Positions 20,261 to 32,160 of a stretch of 64,000 bases of DNA are shown here, piece by piece. The first letter of the stretch is position 1. Every line of letters starts with the position of its first letter. The stretch comes from an uncultured Gammaproteobacteria bacterium. GTDB taxonomy: Bacteria; Patescibacteriota; Microgenomatia; Levybacterales; GWA1-39-11. A program made the translations under genes and the position numbers. The DNA is taken from NCBI GenBank assembly GCA_964641355.1, contig CAZXND010000001.1:87858-151857 (forward strand), in the 5' to 3' direction. Under the pieces are notes generated by a model. It searched no databases, was not told the origin of the DNA, and saw only the letters and a program-made list of their open reading frames with translations.

Positions 20261-21439
20261 TTAAGACACATAATTAATAGATGGTCTAACAATATCCGTT
20301 AACGGAATTTCTGCACCAAAAACCTCACCTAGGAGGTTTTCTTTATCTAGAAAATCTCTAATAAGAGCTAAACCTTCTTTATCGTGTGGACCACCTCGTC
20401 TAACAAAAATCTTAACTCTCTGAGCCCTTAATTCACTTGAAACTTCCGAAAGCGCATTAATAATACCCTTAAATGTGACTCTTACATCAGTGAAATTTGC
20501 AACACCACCACCGATTATCAGAGCCTTTTTCGGAGCACGAGATTTTAAAAGAAGTAAAAGAAGATTTTTCGCATAAATGTAAGTTTCTTCTTTATTGGGA
20601 TTTCCACTATATTCTCCGTAATTTGCGATAAGACTGGCTTCACCTTCAAGAAATACCTCATCAGCAAGAACCACACTTCCACCACCACCGGACAATAAAA
20701 GAAAAATCGCACCATCAGGGTTTAATACTTCAAGACTAAAAGACGAAGCACTTTCTTCTGAAAGTTTTTGAATATTAAGCTCTTCTTCTGTTTTTTTTCT
20801 ACTATTAAACTCGACAAAATCTCTTTCATTCCACTTATCTTCAACAAAAAAAATAGCTGAAGCATCTACTTCAACGGCACAATCTAAAATAAAAATTTTT
20901 TCATCAATAACTCTAAGGGGGTTAATTTCCAAAAATGAAAAATAATATTCTTCAAATGAATCAACTATCTTTTCAAGTATTCCCTCTTCTATTCCTAAAA
21001 ATATTTTTACTTCAACAAGATCTGATTCTTTTCTTACAAGAGTTCTCCTAATATTATCTTCTTCTTCAATATCTACTCCTCCTTTATCGGAATAAAGAAG
21101 CATAAGACCATCTCTAACTCTTTGAATTGATAAATAATAATCCTTGGCTTTATCAGAAGAAATAAACTCTTCAATTATAAATTTTTCATATCCTTGCTTA
21201 TTAAACTCTTCAAGTTTTTCTTTAATCTGATCCGGAGAGAGGTTTAACCCCACAAGACCCTGTTTAAATCTTTTTTTTACTCCTTGATCAACTTTTACTA
21301 CATATTTTTTAGAATTATCTAGTATTAAATCTGGAATAGAGTTTTCATTAAAATCAAACTTTACTGAAGTATTAAGCAATTTAAGCTCTGTGTAAATTAT
21401 TTCTTTTGCACGGAATTCTGAAAGTTTCTTTCTAGCCAC
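20261..21439 (-). CDS. aclB: ATP-citrate lyase small subunit (ATP-grasp/SucC-like)
   Basis: 392 aa; FLEINPL, ANYGEYSGNP and IIGGGVANFTDVRVTFKGII...IFVRRGGP match hallmark ACLY/AclB motifs. Confidence 0.85.
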   Translation of the reverse strand: MARKKLSEFRAKEIIYTELKLLNTSVKFDFNENSIPDLILDNSKKYVVKVDQGVKKRFKQGLVGLNLSPDQIKEKLEEFNKQGYEKFIIEEFISSDKAKDYYLSIQRVRDGLMLLYSDKGGVDIEEEDNIRRTLVRKESDLVEVKIFLGIEEGILEKIVDSFEEYYFSFLEINPLRVIDEKIFILDCAVEVDASAIFFVEDKWNERDFVEFNSRKKTEEELNIQKLSEESASSFSLEVLNPDGAIFLLLSGGGGSVVLADEVFLEGEASLIANYGEYSGNPNKEETYIYAKNLLLLLLKSRAPKKALIIGGGVANFTDVRVTFKGIINALSEVSSELRAQRVKIFVRRGGPHDKEGLALIRDFLDKENLLGEVFGAEIPLTDIVRPSINYVS

Positions 21440-21489
21440 CTTAACATTATAAAGGTTCTGGGACCGATGTTCTAGTTTTTGAGGATAAA

Positions 21490-23601
21490 TTATTGTTCTG
21501 AAATTCGACCTGTAAAAGTAGACTTTGCAAGCATTTGATCAACAATATTTTTTGGAACCGGCTCATAGTGAGAAGGTTCCATATAGTACGTTGCTCTTCC
21601 TTGCGACATGCTTCTAAGAGTTGTTGCATAGCCAGATAATTCTGCAAGAGGAACTTGAGATAAAATAATTCTTGCATTTCCACGTTCCTCAGTTCCAACT
21701 ATTTGCGCTCTTTTTGAAGAAAGATCACCAATTACGTCTCCCATGAATTCTTCCGGAGTGGTAACTTCAACTTTCATAATTGGCTCGAGAAGAACAAGAC
21801 CTGCCTTTCTCGTTGCTGTTTGAAAAGCCATACTTCCGGCAATTTTAAAGGCAACATCTGAAGAATCTACATCATGGAAAGATCCATCGTATAAAGTAAC
21901 TTTAATATCAGTCATTTGATATCCAAGAAGTACTCCTTTTTCTAAAGCCTCTTTAACTCCTTTTTCAACAGAACCTATAAATTCTGCGGGAATCGCACCT
22001 CCTTTTATCGCGTTAACGAAAGAAAAACCCTCCCCTCTTCCTAAAGGCTCAACTCTAAGAAGTGCATGACCATACTGTCCACGTCCTCCAGTTTGTTTGA
22101 TATATTTACCTTCTCCTTCGGCGTTCTTTTCTATCGTCTCTTTATAGGCGACTTGTGGCGCTCCAACATTCGCCTGAACATTAAATTCTCGATTCATACG
22201 ATCGACCATTATTTCTAATTGTAATTCTCCCATTCCAGAAATAATTGTTTGAGCTGTTTCATGGTTTGTTTTTACTCTAAAAGTCGGATCCTCTTCCATA
22301 AGTCTTTTAAGTGCATACCCAAGTTTTTCCTGATCTGATTTTGTTTTTGGCTCAATAGCCAAAGAAATAACTGGTTCTGGAAATGTAATCTTTTCAAGAA
22401 CAATCGGCTTTACTTCATCACACAAAGTATCACCTGTAACCGTATCCTTCAACCCAACAACTGCAACAATCTCTCCTGCATATGCTTCTTTAATTTCCTC
22501 TCTTTGATTAGAATGCATAAGAAGAATTCTTCCAACCCTTTCTCTAATATTCTTAGTGCTGTTATAAATATAAGATCCTGCAACAATTTTTCCAGAGTAT
22601 ACCCTAACAAATGTAAGCTTCCCTACGTGTGTATCAATTTGAACTTTAAATGCAAGTCCGCAGAAAGCTTCTTCTGGAACTAGGTTTCTTACCTCTTCTA
22701 CTGCTGTCTTAGGGTTAACTCCTTTTATCTCTTTAAGATCGAGAGGCGAAGGTAGGTAATCTATAACGGCATCAAGAAGTGGTTGAACTCCTTTATTTCT
22801 AAGAGACGATCCAGCATATGTTGGAACTAATTTGTATGCAATCGTAGCTGCTCGAAGTGATTTCTTTAACTCTTCTACTGAGATCTCTTCGTTATTTAGA
22901 TATTTCTCAAGAAGAGAATCATCATTCTCAGCTATTTTTTCTATCATTTTATGTCTTGCTTCTTCTATTTCTGCTTCCATTCCAGAAGGAACCTCATCGG
23001 TCACATCAAATTTCGCACCTAATTCTTCACCTGTCCAAACAATCGATTTCCTATTTAAAAGATCGTAGACACCTTTAAACTCCTGCTCGCGACCAATAGG
23101 AACAACCATTGCAACAGGATTGGCTCCCAGTCTATCAACAACGCTTTTAAGAGTTTTATTAAAGTCTGCACCAAGCTTATCCATTTTATTAATAAAACAA
23201 ATTCGAGGAACTTTGTATTTATCTGCTTGTCTCCAAACTGTTTCTGACTGAGATTGAACCCCTTCTTCAGCATCAAGGACAGTAACTGCACCATCAAGTA
23301 CTCTTAGAGATCTCTCGACTTCTGCGGTAAAATCTACGTGACCAGGAGTGTCAATAAGATTAATTCTGTAGTCTTTCCAAAAAGTAGTAGTAGCAGCTGA
23401 TACAATAGTTATTCCACGCTCTCTCTCCTGATCCATCCAGTCCATAACTGTATTTCCCTCATCAATATCACCGATTTTATAAGTTTTTCCTGTGTAATAA
23501 AGGATTCTCTCAGAAGTCGTAGTTTTACCCGCATCAATATGCGCAATTATTCCGATATTTCTTATTTTGTCTAATGGTAACATTCGATCATTATCAGCCA
23601 T
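21490..23601 (-). CDS. fusA: Elongation factor G
   Basis: 703 aa, starting [20 protein letters not shown]. Confidence 0.95.
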   Translation of the reverse strand: MADNDRMLPLDKIRNIGIIAHIDAGKTTTSERILYYTGKTYKIGDIDEGNTVMDWMDQERERGITIVSAATTTFWKDYRINLIDTPGHVDFTAEVERSLRVLDGAVTVLDAEEGVQSQSETVWRQADKYKVPRICFINKMDKLGADFNKTLKSVVDRLGANPVAMVVPIGREQEFKGVYDLLNRKSIVWTGEELGAKFDVTDEVPSGMEAEIEEARHKMIEKIAENDDSLLEKYLNNEEISVEELKKSLRAATIAYKLVPTYAGSSLRNKGVQPLLDAVIDYLPSPLDLKEIKGVNPKTAVEEVRNLVPEEAFCGLAFKVQIDTHVGKLTFVRVYSGKIVAGSYIYNSTKNIRERVGRILLMHSNQREEIKEAYAGEIVAVVGLKDTVTGDTLCDEVKPIVLEKITFPEPVISLAIEPKTKSDQEKLGYALKRLMEEDPTFRVKTNHETAQTIISGMGELQLEIMVDRMNREFNVQANVGAPQVAYKETIEKNAEGEGKYIKQTGGRGQYGHALLRVEPLGRGEGFSFVNAIKGGAIPAEFIGSVEKGVKEALEKGVLLGYQMTDIKVTLYDGSFHDVDSSDVAFKIAGSMAFQTATRKAGLVLLEPIMKVEVTTPEEFMGDVIGDLSSKRAQIVGTEERGNARIILSQVPLAELSGYATTLRSMSQGRATYYMEPSHYEPVPKNIVDQMLAKSTFTGRISEQ

Positions 23602-23665
23602 ATGAAAAAAAGAACCCCGAGAGGGTTCTTGAGCTAGTATAGCAAATCAATCCTCTCTTGTAAAC

Positions 23666-25198
23666 CTACTCCCACTCCATTGTTGCAGGAGGTTTTGTTG
23701 AAATATCATAAACAACACGAGAAACTCCAGGTACCTCATTTACTATTCTTGAAGAAATTCTTTGCAATACTTCATAAGGAATCCTCGCCCATTTCGATGT
23801 CATAATATCTTGAGACTCAACAACTCTAAGAGCTATAACTTCTCCAAAAAATTTCTCATCTCCTTTAACTGCTGTTGAAAAAGCACCACTTAAAACAGGG
23901 AAGGAAAGAAAAATATGAGACAAAATTTTTGCCTCATGAAGCTCTTCGATTACTATTTTATCCGCCAATTTCTCCTTTTCAAGCCTGTCTTCCGTGACAT
24001 CCCCCCTTATTCTTATTGCGTATCCCGGCCCTGGAAATGGTTGACGATTAATAAACTCTTCTGGTAAACCCAAAATTCTCCCTATTTTTTTAACCTCATC
24101 TTTATAAAACTCTCTAAGAGGTTCAATAAGTTTTAATTTCATATTTTCAGGTAAACCTCCTACATTATGGTGACTTTTTATTTTTGATGAGTGCTTACTC
24201 CCTTGACTCTCTATAACATCTGAATAGATTGTACCTTGAAGTAAAAATTTTACATCCTTACCCTGACTGACCAACCTCTCCATCTCGCGCTCAAAGATTT
24301 CAATATAGAAATTCCCAATTATTCTTCTTTTCTCTTCCGGATCATTTACTCCCTTTAATTTCTTAAGCATTTCTTCTTTCACTTCACAAATAATTGGTTC
24401 TATTCCAAGCTTGGAAAATATTTTTTCCAAATGTTCTTTTGTATCAAAGCGCATCAAGCCGTTATCAACATAGATTGGAATAAATTTCTCTCCGATTGCA
24501 GAAGCCGTAAGAAATCCCGCCACCGTAGAATCAACACCGCCAGAAATCGCACCAATAACAAACGAGTTGCCAGCCCTATTTTTTATGTCGTTTATCAGGC
24601 CTTTAACATTTACCTCGTGAGTCATTAAATCAAGATCACAGATATCAATAAAATTTTTTAAAATTATATTACCGAAGTCTGTATGTTCAACTTCCGGATG
24701 AAATTGCACACCAAAAATTTTTCTACTTGAATCCTCAACGAACGCATAAGAAACGTGATCTGTAGATCCAAGGGTTTCAAATCCAAAAGGAATACTCATA
24801 ATTTCATCTCCATGACTCATCCATACAATAAATTTATTTTCCAAACCTCTCAAAATTCTGGACTGCGAGTTCTTAACCTTAAGCTGTAACTCTGCAGGAC
24901 CAAACTCTTTCTTTCCAGAAATAACCTTTCCTCCTAGCAAATAAGATGTAAGTTGCATTCCATAGCATATTCCAAGTATTGGGATTCCTTTTGTAAAAAT
25001 TGAAATGTCTACTTTAGGAGCGTCAGCTGAGTAAACAGAGGATGGTCCTCCTGATAAAATTATCCCAGAATAATCCTGATTTTCTAAACTAAAAAGTGCC
25101 TCTTCAGGGTTTACTATTTTTGACTTTACACCCAACTCACGAAGTCTTCTTGAAATAAGATGGGTGGTTTGCGATCCAAAATCTACAATTAAAATCAT
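23666..25198 (-). CDS. guaA: GMP synthase (glutamine-hydrolysing)
   Basis: 510 aa; class I GATase domain (GICYGMQ) plus an ATP-PPase domain with SGGVDS. Confidence 0.9.
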   Translation of the reverse strand: MILIVDFGSQTTHLISRRLRELGVKSKIVNPEEALFSLENQDYSGIILSGGPSSVYSADAPKVDISIFTKGIPILGICYGMQLTSYLLGGKVISGKKEFGPAELQLKVKNSQSRILRGLENKFIVWMSHGDEIMSIPFGFETLGSTDHVSYAFVEDSSRKIFGVQFHPEVEHTDFGNIILKNFIDICDLDLMTHEVNVKGLINDIKNRAGNSFVIGAISGGVDSTVAGFLTASAIGEKFIPIYVDNGLMRFDTKEHLEKIFSKLGIEPIICEVKEEMLKKLKGVNDPEEKRRIIGNFYIEIFEREMERLVSQGKDVKFLLQGTIYSDVIESQGSKHSSKIKSHHNVGGLPENMKLKLIEPLREFYKDEVKKIGRILGLPEEFINRQPFPGPGYAIRIRGDVTEDRLEKEKLADKIVIEELHEAKILSHIFLSFPVLSGAFSTAVKGDEKFFGEVIALRVVESQDIMTSKWARIPYEVLQRISSRIVNEVPGVSRVVYDISTKPPATMEWE

Positions 25199-25201
25199 TT
25201 T

Positions 25202-26344
25202 TTAGTAATTTTTGCCGGGATTTGTAATTAGCAAACCGTGTGGATGGCTTTCTGTAAGACTTGCTTGTGTAATCTGAATGAATTTTGCCTTATTCCAAAG
25301 ATCACCAATACTCTTTGCGCCTATATAATACATTCCAGATTTTATTCCTCCCATACTTTGCTCAACTAACTGTTCAAGAGATCCTTTTATGGGAACTAGC
25401 CCTTCTACGCCTTCTGCAACTAAAATCTTATCTTTATAATAATCCTTTCCATGATATTCGTCTTCAACTTTTATTTTTGCACCGCGTTCCATAGCACCAA
25501 TCGAACCCATTCCTCGATATTCTTTAAAAAGATACTCTGCTATATTTGCTTTTACAATACTTTGGAAACGTGATGGAACTTGATCCTTTGTAAGTTTTAC
25601 AACTTTTCCAGGTGATTCTTCACTTGATGCAAAAAAGTTTCCCATCATGACTGTCGATGCACCAGCAGCAAGCGCTTTAATCATATCTCCAGAATATTTT
25701 ATTCCTCCATCAGCAATAACTGGCACGTTATTTTTTTTAGCAATATTACAAACATCGAGAAGAGCGGTAATTTGTGGAACTCCCATCCCTGAGATTACTC
25801 TTGTTGTACAGATTGCTCCTGGACCCATACCGACTCTGAGAGCATCAGCGCCAGCTTTAATTAGTGCCTCAGCGGCTTCTCCGGTTGCAATATTTCCAGC
25901 AATAACGTCTATATCTCTATATTTATTCTTGATATATCCGATTATTTCCAAAATGTTTTTCGTAAATCCATGAGCGCTATCAACAACTAAAACATCCACA
26001 CCAGCAAGGGCTAAAGCCTCAACTCTTTCTTCAAATCCCTTGTTTGTTCCAACAGCTCCTCCAACTAAAAGATTTTCCTGTTTAACTTTTAAGACTTCGT
26101 CAGCTTGATCCTTTATAGAAAAATTGCGATGGATTATTCCGATTCCTCCAAGACGAGATAAGGCAATGGCAAGACGCGATTCAGTTACTGTATCCATGGG
26201 AGCAGAAACTAAAGGAATTTCAATTTTGATTCTTCTCGTGAGATTAGTGGAAAGGTCTATATCACTTCTTGAGAAATCGGTGTATCCAGGAAGAAGTAAG
26301 ACATCGTCGAATGTAAGACCGTATGAGAAGTTTTGGGGATCCAT
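25202..26344 (-). CDS. guaB: IMP dehydrogenase lacking the CBS subdomain (GMP reductase not excluded)
   Basis: 380 aa TIM barrel with catalytic loop GPGAICTTR. There is no CBS pair between VKQ and LLVGGAVG. Adjacent to guaA. Confidence 0.75.
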   Translation of the reverse strand: MDPQNFSYGLTFDDVLLLPGYTDFSRSDIDLSTNLTRRIKIEIPLVSAPMDTVTESRLAIALSRLGGIGIIHRNFSIKDQADEVLKVKQENLLVGGAVGTNKGFEERVEALALAGVDVLVVDSAHGFTKNILEIIGYIKNKYRDIDVIAGNIATGEAAEALIKAGADALRVGMGPGAICTTRVISGMGVPQITALLDVCNIAKKNNVPVIADGGIKYSGDMIKALAAGASTVMMGNFFASSEESPGKVVKLTKDQVPSRFQSIVKANIAEYLFKEYRGMGSIGAMERGAKIKVEDEYHGKDYYKDKILVAEGVEGLVPIKGSLEQLVEQSMGGIKSGMYYIGAKSIGDLWNKAKFIQITQASLTESHPHGLLITNPGKNY

Positions 26345-26407
26345 GATTCATATTATATCAAAAGTATTTTGAAGTCAATATTCGCTTTATATGCTAGAAT
26401 ATGCAGT

Positions 26408-27493
26408 ATGTTTGAATCACGAACCAACAAAATACAAAAAATAATTATTGAAAATGACATCAAAGCATTATTAATATCATCTTCCAAAAACATATTTTAT
26501 TTAACAGGCGTATTACTATCTGAAGTCGAAAGAGAAGGGTATTTATTAATAACTCAAAAACATTTATATCTTTTTACAGATAAACGATATACTGGAGGAA
26601 TTAAGGCTAAATTCTTAAATGTAATAGAGATTTCTAGAGAAAAAAAGTTTGTTGAATGTTTAAAAAATATCTTAAAGAGCGAGAAGATAAAAAGCCTTTA
26701 TTTTGAGATGTATAATCTAAAATACTTAGAATTTGAAGTACTAAACAACTCATTAAAAACGACTATTAAACTTACTCCACTTTCTGATTTCATTGAAAAT
26801 CTGCGAATTATAAAAGACAAAAATGAGATAAAAAATCTAAAAAAAGCTTGTCTTCTAACTGATGAGTCCTTCTCCCACATTTTAGGCTTAATTAAAACCG
26901 GAATTAGCGAAAAGGAATTAGCTGAAGAACTAGAAATATTTATCATAAAGAACGGTGGAAAAATTTCTTTTCCAACAATAGTTGCTTTTGGTAAAAACTC
27001 AGCAGTTCCACATCATACAACAGGTAATACCAAGCTCAAAAAAAACTCCATAGTTCTTTTAGACTTTGGTGTTGATATAAACGGATATAAGTCTGATATG
27101 ACAAGAACCGTTTTTTTTGGTAAAGCCAATAAGAAATTTAAAGAAGCTTATAAAACAGTTCTGCTCTCTCAGAAAAAAGCCATAGAATCATTAACCAAAA
27201 CAAAAACAGCAAATTTTCCAGCTGAGATAGTTGATAAAGAGTTTGAAAATTCAGGATTTGAATCTTTAATCCACGGATTGGGACATGGGATAGGTCTTGA
27301 TATTCATGAATTTCCGTCAATTTCAAAGCTTAATAAAACAAAAATTGAGCCAGGAATGACATTTACAATTGAGCCAGGAATTTATATCACAAACCTTGGA
27401 GGAGTAAGAATCGAAGATGATATCCTAATGAAAAAAACTGGATTAGAAATTTTAACTAAATCTAAAAGAGAATTGATTGAAGTTAGAATCTGA
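26408..27493 (+). CDS. Xaa-Pro aminopeptidase/dipeptidase (M24B)
   Basis: Start placed at MFESRT. M24B signature HGLGHGIGLDIHEFP, with the creatinase-like N-terminal domain. It is the only sizeable plus-strand gene in the rpo/str region, and its 3' end overlaps rpsG convergently. Confidence 0.75.
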   Translation: MFESRTNKIQKIIIENDIKALLISSSKNIFYLTGVLLSEVEREGYLLITQKHLYLFTDKRYTGGIKAKFLNVIEISREKKFVECLKNILKSEKIKSLYFEMYNLKYLEFEVLNNSLKTTIKLTPLSDFIENLRIIKDKNEIKNLKKACLLTDESFSHILGLIKTGISEKELAEELEIFIIKNGGKISFPTIVAFGKNSAVPHHTTGNTKLKKNSIVLLDFGVDINGYKSDMTRTVFFGKANKKFKEAYKTVLLSQKKAIESLTKTKTANFPAEIVDKEFENSGFESLIHGLGHGIGLDIHEFPSISKLNKTKIEPGMTFTIEPGIYITNLGGVRIEDDILMKKTGLEILTKSKRELIEVRI

Positions 27494-27962
27494 AGTGGGC
27501 AAATGCTTTATTTGCTTCTGCCATTCGGTGTGCAACATCACGTTTTTTAATAGCATCTCCCAGGTTATTGGATGCATCAAGAAGTTCTGCTGCAAGTTTA
27601 TTTGCAAAACCTTTAAAATCTTTATTGGATCTTTTTTTTGTAGCTTCTAACAACCAACGAATTGCAAGAGAATTCCTTCTTTCTCCTCTAACTTCCATAG
27701 GAACCTGGTATGCTGCTCCACCAATTCTCCTAGCTTTTACCTCCTGCTTTGGTCCAACATTATCAATTGCTTTTTCAAAAACTTTAACAGGATCTTCCCC
27801 TTTTTCTTTGATTAGCTCAAGAGCATCATAGACAACTCTTTGAGCGGTTGTTTTTTTACCATCAACCATCAATCTATTTATAAATTTAGCCAGTAAAAAA
27901 TTATCGTAGATAGGATCATTAGCTACTTTTCTCTTCTTAATACTTCTTCCACCACGTGCCAT
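27483..27962 (-). CDS. rpsG: 30S ribosomal protein S7
   Basis: 159 aa, starting MARGGRSIKKRKVANDPIY. Confidence 0.9.
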   Translation of the reverse strand: MARGGRSIKKRKVANDPIYDNFLLAKFINRLMVDGKKTTAQRVVYDALELIKEKGEDPVKVFEKAIDNVGPKQEVKARRIGGAAYQVPMEVRGERRNSLAIRWLLEATKKRSNKDFKGFANKLAAELLDASNNLGDAIKKRDVAHRMAEANKAFAHFRF

Positions 27963-27970
27963 ATATTAGA

Positions 27971-28396
27971 CTAGGCTTGAGGGCCCCCTCCTTGTCCTTT
28001 AGCTCCATATTTAGACCTTGAAGTTTTTCTTCCTTCAACACCCGCTAGATCAAACTTCCCTCTAACCAAATGATATTTTACACCAGGAAGATCACGAACC
28101 CTACCACCCTTTACAAGCACTATACCGTGTTCAGCTAGATTATGTCCTATACCCTGGATATATGCTGTAACTTCTTCTCTGTTTGAAAGTTTTACTCTCG
28201 CGACTTTTCTAAGAGCTGAATTCGGTTTTTTAGGAGTCATCGTTCTAACAAGTGTAACTACTCCTCTTTTCTGTGGAGCCGGAATCTCCTTATATTCTCT
28301 TTTTTTCGCATTAAAAATATCTCTAAGAGCTGTCGCTTTAATTTTCTTTTTTCTTTTTTGTCTTCCTCGTCTTACGAGTTGATTTAGTGTAGGCAT
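27971..28396 (-). CDS. rpsL: 30S ribosomal protein S12 with a short Gly-rich C-terminal extension
   Basis: I place the start at the canonical [12 protein letters not shown]. The longer ORF-track start would overlap rpoC. Confidence 0.85.
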   Translation of the reverse strand: MPTLNQLVRRGRQKRKKKIKATALRDIFNAKKREYKEIPAPQKRGVVTLVRTMTPKKPNSALRKVARVKLSNREEVTAYIQGIGHNLAEHGIVLVKGGRVRDLPGVKYHLVRGKFDLAGVEGRKTSRSKYGAKGQGGGPQA

Positions 28397-28406
28397 AGAA
28401 GGGCTA

Positions 28407-31400
28407 TTATATCGTATTTGTGGATTCTTGTCCATCAACCATGAAGTCAGATCTCACGGGAATCAATCTTCCAACGATAACATTTTCTTTAAGCCCAATA
28501 AGATTGTCCTCTCTTCCCTCCAGGGAAGCGTCCGTCAAAACTTGAGTTGTTTCCTGGAATGAGGCTGCAGAAAGCCATGAATCTGTTACAAGCGCAGCTT
28601 TTGTAATACCAAGTATAATTTCTCGTGCAGATGCTGGTTCTCCACCTTCAGAAATTATATTTGCGTTTTCTTCTTCAAATCTAAGTTTACTCACTAAATC
28701 ACCTGGAAGAAGCGATGAGTCTCCTGGAGTTTCGATCATAACCTTATCAGACATTTCGCGAACTATTGTCTCAAAATGCTTATAGTGAATTGCAATTCCT
28801 TGAGATTCATAAACCTTTTGAACTTCAGAAATTATGTATTTTTGAGCCTCACGAAGTCCTCCAACCTTAAGAGTATCTCGTGGGTCAAGATAACCTTCAC
28901 AAAGTTGTGTACCTGCAGTAACCATCTGATCTTCCTCAACAAGAATATTTGCTGTTAATGGAACAAAATATTCTCGCTCTTCAACAGGTTTTACTCTTGC
29001 ATTTCTAACTCTAATTACAAATCCATCTTCAGTCTTTGTTATTTGAACTTTTCCGGCAATTTCTGCAACTGGAGCTAGATTCTTAGGTCTTCTTACTTCA
29101 AAAAGTTCTTCAACACGAGGAAGACCTTGAGTTACGTCAGACATAACTACTCCTCCGAAATGCTTGACTCTCATGGTAAGCTGAGTCCCTGGTTCACCAA
29201 TTGATTGAGCAGCTATTACTCCTACTGGTGTTCCGAGATCTGCACGCTTGTATGTTGAAAGATCCCATCCATAACAAGAACTACAAACCCCATATTTTAA
29301 TTTACAAAACAAAGTAGTTCTTACTTTTGCTTCCAAAATACTCTCATCAGTTAAAATCTCATCAAGTTTTTCGTGATCTATATCTTCTCCTTTTTGAACA
29401 ATTGTTTTCTTTGTCTTCTTGCTTACAATGGGCTCAAGTGCAACTCTTCCTAAAAGCATATTTATTATGTAAGATTTATTTTCTCGAGTAGAAAGATCAA
29501 CATCCAACCCTTCCTCAACTCCACAATCATCTGTTCTAATAATAACTGTGTGAGCAACATCGACAAGACGTCTAGTGAGATACCCAGCATCAGCCGTTTT
29601 AAGAGCCGAATCAGTAAGACCTTTTCTTGATCCACGAGCAGAATTAACATACTCAAAGATTGAGAGCCCCTCACGGAAATTCGATGTAATAGGCAGCTCT
29701 ACTATTCTACCTAAAGGATCATATATAAGACCTCTCATAGCAGCGAGTTGCTTAATTTGATCTTTTCCTGCTCTTGCTCCTCCTGACTCTGCAATAATTC
29801 TTACCATATCATTATTTCCAAAAAGATCCCAAGTAAGGTTAGCCATTTTATCGGTAAGTTCAAGCCAAACATTATTCGAAAGTCTTCTCTGTTCTGAGTG
29901 TGTAATCAAACCATTTTGAAACTCTTCTTCGATTGCTTTTATTTTATCCTCTGCTTCTTTTATTAACTTCTCTTTATTAGGAAGCATTTTAAGATCAAAA
30001 GTTGAAACTGAAATTCCCGAAATAGTTGCAGAATAGAATCCTACTTCTTTAATACTATCAATGAGCCTTGCAACTTCTGCTTCAGGATATTCAACCATAG
30101 CTTTTGTAACAATTTCTTTGATTGTTGAAGCCTTAATTTCTTTATTAATAAATCTCATTCCAAGAGGCAATCTATCATTAAAAATTACTCTTCCCATTGT
30201 AGTTTCGATTATTTCTCCTTTTACTCTCAACTTTATGGGCTCACGTAAAGCAATTTTCTTCAAATTAAAGGCAAAATAAGCTTCGTACTCATTGGAGAAA
30301 ACAGGAACTTCATCTCTTCTTGCTCTCTCATCAACACTTGTTAGATAAAAGCTTCCAAGAGCCATTTCTTTATTAGGAAGTGTTATAGGACTTCCATCAG
30401 CTGGTTTAAGAAGATTGTGTTCAGGCATCATAAGTTCAATTGCTTCTTGTTGTGCTCTTGCCGAAAGAGGTACGTGAATAGCCATTTGATCTCCATCAAA
30501 GTCAGCGTTATATCCAGCACAAACACAAGGATGTATTCTAATAGCCGATCCTTCGACAAGAACAGGGAAGAAGGCTTGAATTCCTAATTTATGAAGAGTT
30601 GGAGCACGATTAAGAAGAACAGGATGATTTCTTGTTATTTCCTCAAGAATATCAAAAACTTCAGGTGGTCTTTTTTCAATGAATCTTTTTGCGGCTTTTG
30701 CGTTTGGAGTTGTAAGACCTCTTGAAATAACTTCTCTAATTACAAAAGGCTTAAATAATTCAAGAGCCATTTCTTTTGGAAGACCACACTCATTAAGTCT
30801 AAGTTCTGGTCCGACAACTATAACTGATCTTCCAGAGTAATCTGTTCTTTTCCCAAGAAGGTTCTTTCTAAATCTTCCTTGTTTTCCTCGAAGAACATCA
30901 GAAAGGGATTTGAATTGTCTCTGATTTTGGTTTGTTCTTATAGATGTATCGATCAAATAATCAACAGCTTCCTGTAACATTCTCTTTTCGTTTCTAAGAA
31001 TGATTTCTGGGGCACCAAGAGAAATAAGATGCTTAAGTCTGTTATTTCTATTAATAACTCTTCTATAAAGATCGTTTAGATCTGATGTAGCAAACCTCCC
31101 TCCATTAAGCTGAACCATTGGACGCAAATCTGGTGGAAGAACAGGTAATATCCTGAGGACAAGCGAAGCAGGGTTGAGACCCGATCTCTTTATGGCTTCA
31201 ACAAAATGAAGTCTTTTAAGAAGCTTTAATTGTTTTTGGCCACTTGATTTATGAACTTCTTCCCTAAGCTCTTCGATTAATTTTTGAAGATCTATCGATT
31301 CGATAGCTTTAAGAATTGCTGATGCTCCAGTTTCAACCTCAAAAAACAAAGGAATATCATATTCGATAAGTCGAACATATTCCTCTTCAGACAGAACATC

Positions 31401-32153
31401 CCAAAGTTTAAGACCTTTTACAATATCTCCAACTCTTGTAAAGATCTCTTCGATTCTAGAAACTTCAGTATCTAGTCTTTTATCAAGAGCTATCCTTTTT
31501 TGTCTATAAAGTACAGTGGTTTCACCAAGTACTAACTCTTTCTGTTCTTGCTTGAGAGATTTCTCAATTTCTTTAATCTTATCCTTTTCTTCTATGTCAA
31601 TTGCCTTTTTTTCTTCATCAACTTGCTCTTTAATTCTTTCAATTCTTTTAGTTTTAATGTCTGCAAGTACTTTTTGAGCCTCTTTCCTTTTTTCTTCATC
31701 CATTTCAACCACTAAATATCCAGCGAAATAAACAACTGATTCGAGATCTTTTTGTGTTAAGTCAAGGAGTATTGAAAGTTTACTTGGCGATCCCTTAGAA
31801 AACCATACATGCACGACAGGTGAAGCAAGAGAGATGCTTCCCATTCTTTCTCTTCTTACTCTTGAATACGTAACTTCTACTCCACATCGATCACAAACAA
31901 TTCCTTTATATCTAATTCTCTTATATTTTCCACAATAACATTCGAAATCACGAGTTGGACCAAAAATTCTCTCGTCGAAAAGTCCATCTTTTTCAGGTCT
32001 AAAAGTTCGGTAATTAATTGTTTCTGGCTTTGTTACTTCTCCATATGACCATTCAGAAATATCTTCTGGACCTGCAACAAGAATTTTAAGACCCTTAAAG
32101 TCTGCAATATTTATTACGTCAAATTTTCTATTTTTATTTTTTCTAGGTTCCAT
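28407..32153 (-). CDS. rpoC: DNA-directed RNA polymerase subunit beta-prime
   Basis: 1248 aa; Zn-binding CxxC...C, NADFDGD catalytic motif, trigger loop. Confidence 0.95.
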   Translation of the reverse strand: MEPRKNKNRKFDVINIADFKGLKILVAGPEDISEWSYGEVTKPETINYRTFRPEKDGLFDERIFGPTRDFECYCGKYKRIRYKGIVCDRCGVEVTYSRVRRERMGSISLASPVVHVWFSKGSPSKLSILLDLTQKDLESVVYFAGYLVVEMDEEKRKEAQKVLADIKTKRIERIKEQVDEEKKAIDIEEKDKIKEIEKSLKQEQKELVLGETTVLYRQKRIALDKRLDTEVSRIEEIFTRVGDIVKGLKLWDVLSEEEYVRLIEYDIPLFFEVETGASAILKAIESIDLQKLIEELREEVHKSSGQKQLKLLKRLHFVEAIKRSGLNPASLVLRILPVLPPDLRPMVQLNGGRFATSDLNDLYRRVINRNNRLKHLISLGAPEIILRNEKRMLQEAVDYLIDTSIRTNQNQRQFKSLSDVLRGKQGRFRKNLLGKRTDYSGRSVIVVGPELRLNECGLPKEMALELFKPFVIREVISRGLTTPNAKAAKRFIEKRPPEVFDILEEITRNHPVLLNRAPTLHKLGIQAFFPVLVEGSAIRIHPCVCAGYNADFDGDQMAIHVPLSARAQQEAIELMMPEHNLLKPADGSPITLPNKEMALGSFYLTSVDERARRDEVPVFSNEYEAYFAFNLKKIALREPIKLRVKGEIIETTMGRVIFNDRLPLGMRFINKEIKASTIKEIVTKAMVEYPEAEVARLIDSIKEVGFYSATISGISVSTFDLKMLPNKEKLIKEAEDKIKAIEEEFQNGLITHSEQRRLSNNVWLELTDKMANLTWDLFGNNDMVRIIAESGGARAGKDQIKQLAAMRGLIYDPLGRIVELPITSNFREGLSIFEYVNSARGSRKGLTDSALKTADAGYLTRRLVDVAHTVIIRTDDCGVEEGLDVDLSTRENKSYIINMLLGRVALEPIVSKKTKKTIVQKGEDIDHEKLDEILTDESILEAKVRTTLFCKLKYGVCSSCYGWDLSTYKRADLGTPVGVIAAQSIGEPGTQLTMRVKHFGGVVMSDVTQGLPRVEELFEVRRPKNLAPVAEIAGKVQITKTEDGFVIRVRNARVKPVEEREYFVPLTANILVEEDQMVTAGTQLCEGYLDPRDTLKVGGLREAQKYIISEVQKVYESQGIAIHYKHFETIVREMSDKVMIETPGDSSLLPGDLVSKLRFEEENANIISEGGEPASAREIILGITKAALVTDSWLSAASFQETTQVLTDASLEGREDNLIGLKENVIVGRLIPVRSDFMVDGQESTNTI

Positions 32154-32160
32154 AATTAAA

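Noticed and set aside
21447-21698. 83-aa minus-strand ORF overlapping the 3' end of fusA
   Set aside because: It is an alternative frame inside fusA. The fusA frame is unambiguous.
28397-28438. N-terminal extension of rpsL ([14 protein letters not shown]...) that would overlap rpoC by 30 nt
   Set aside because: S12 universally begins MPT(L/I)NQL. The extension has no precedent and would force an rpoC overlap.
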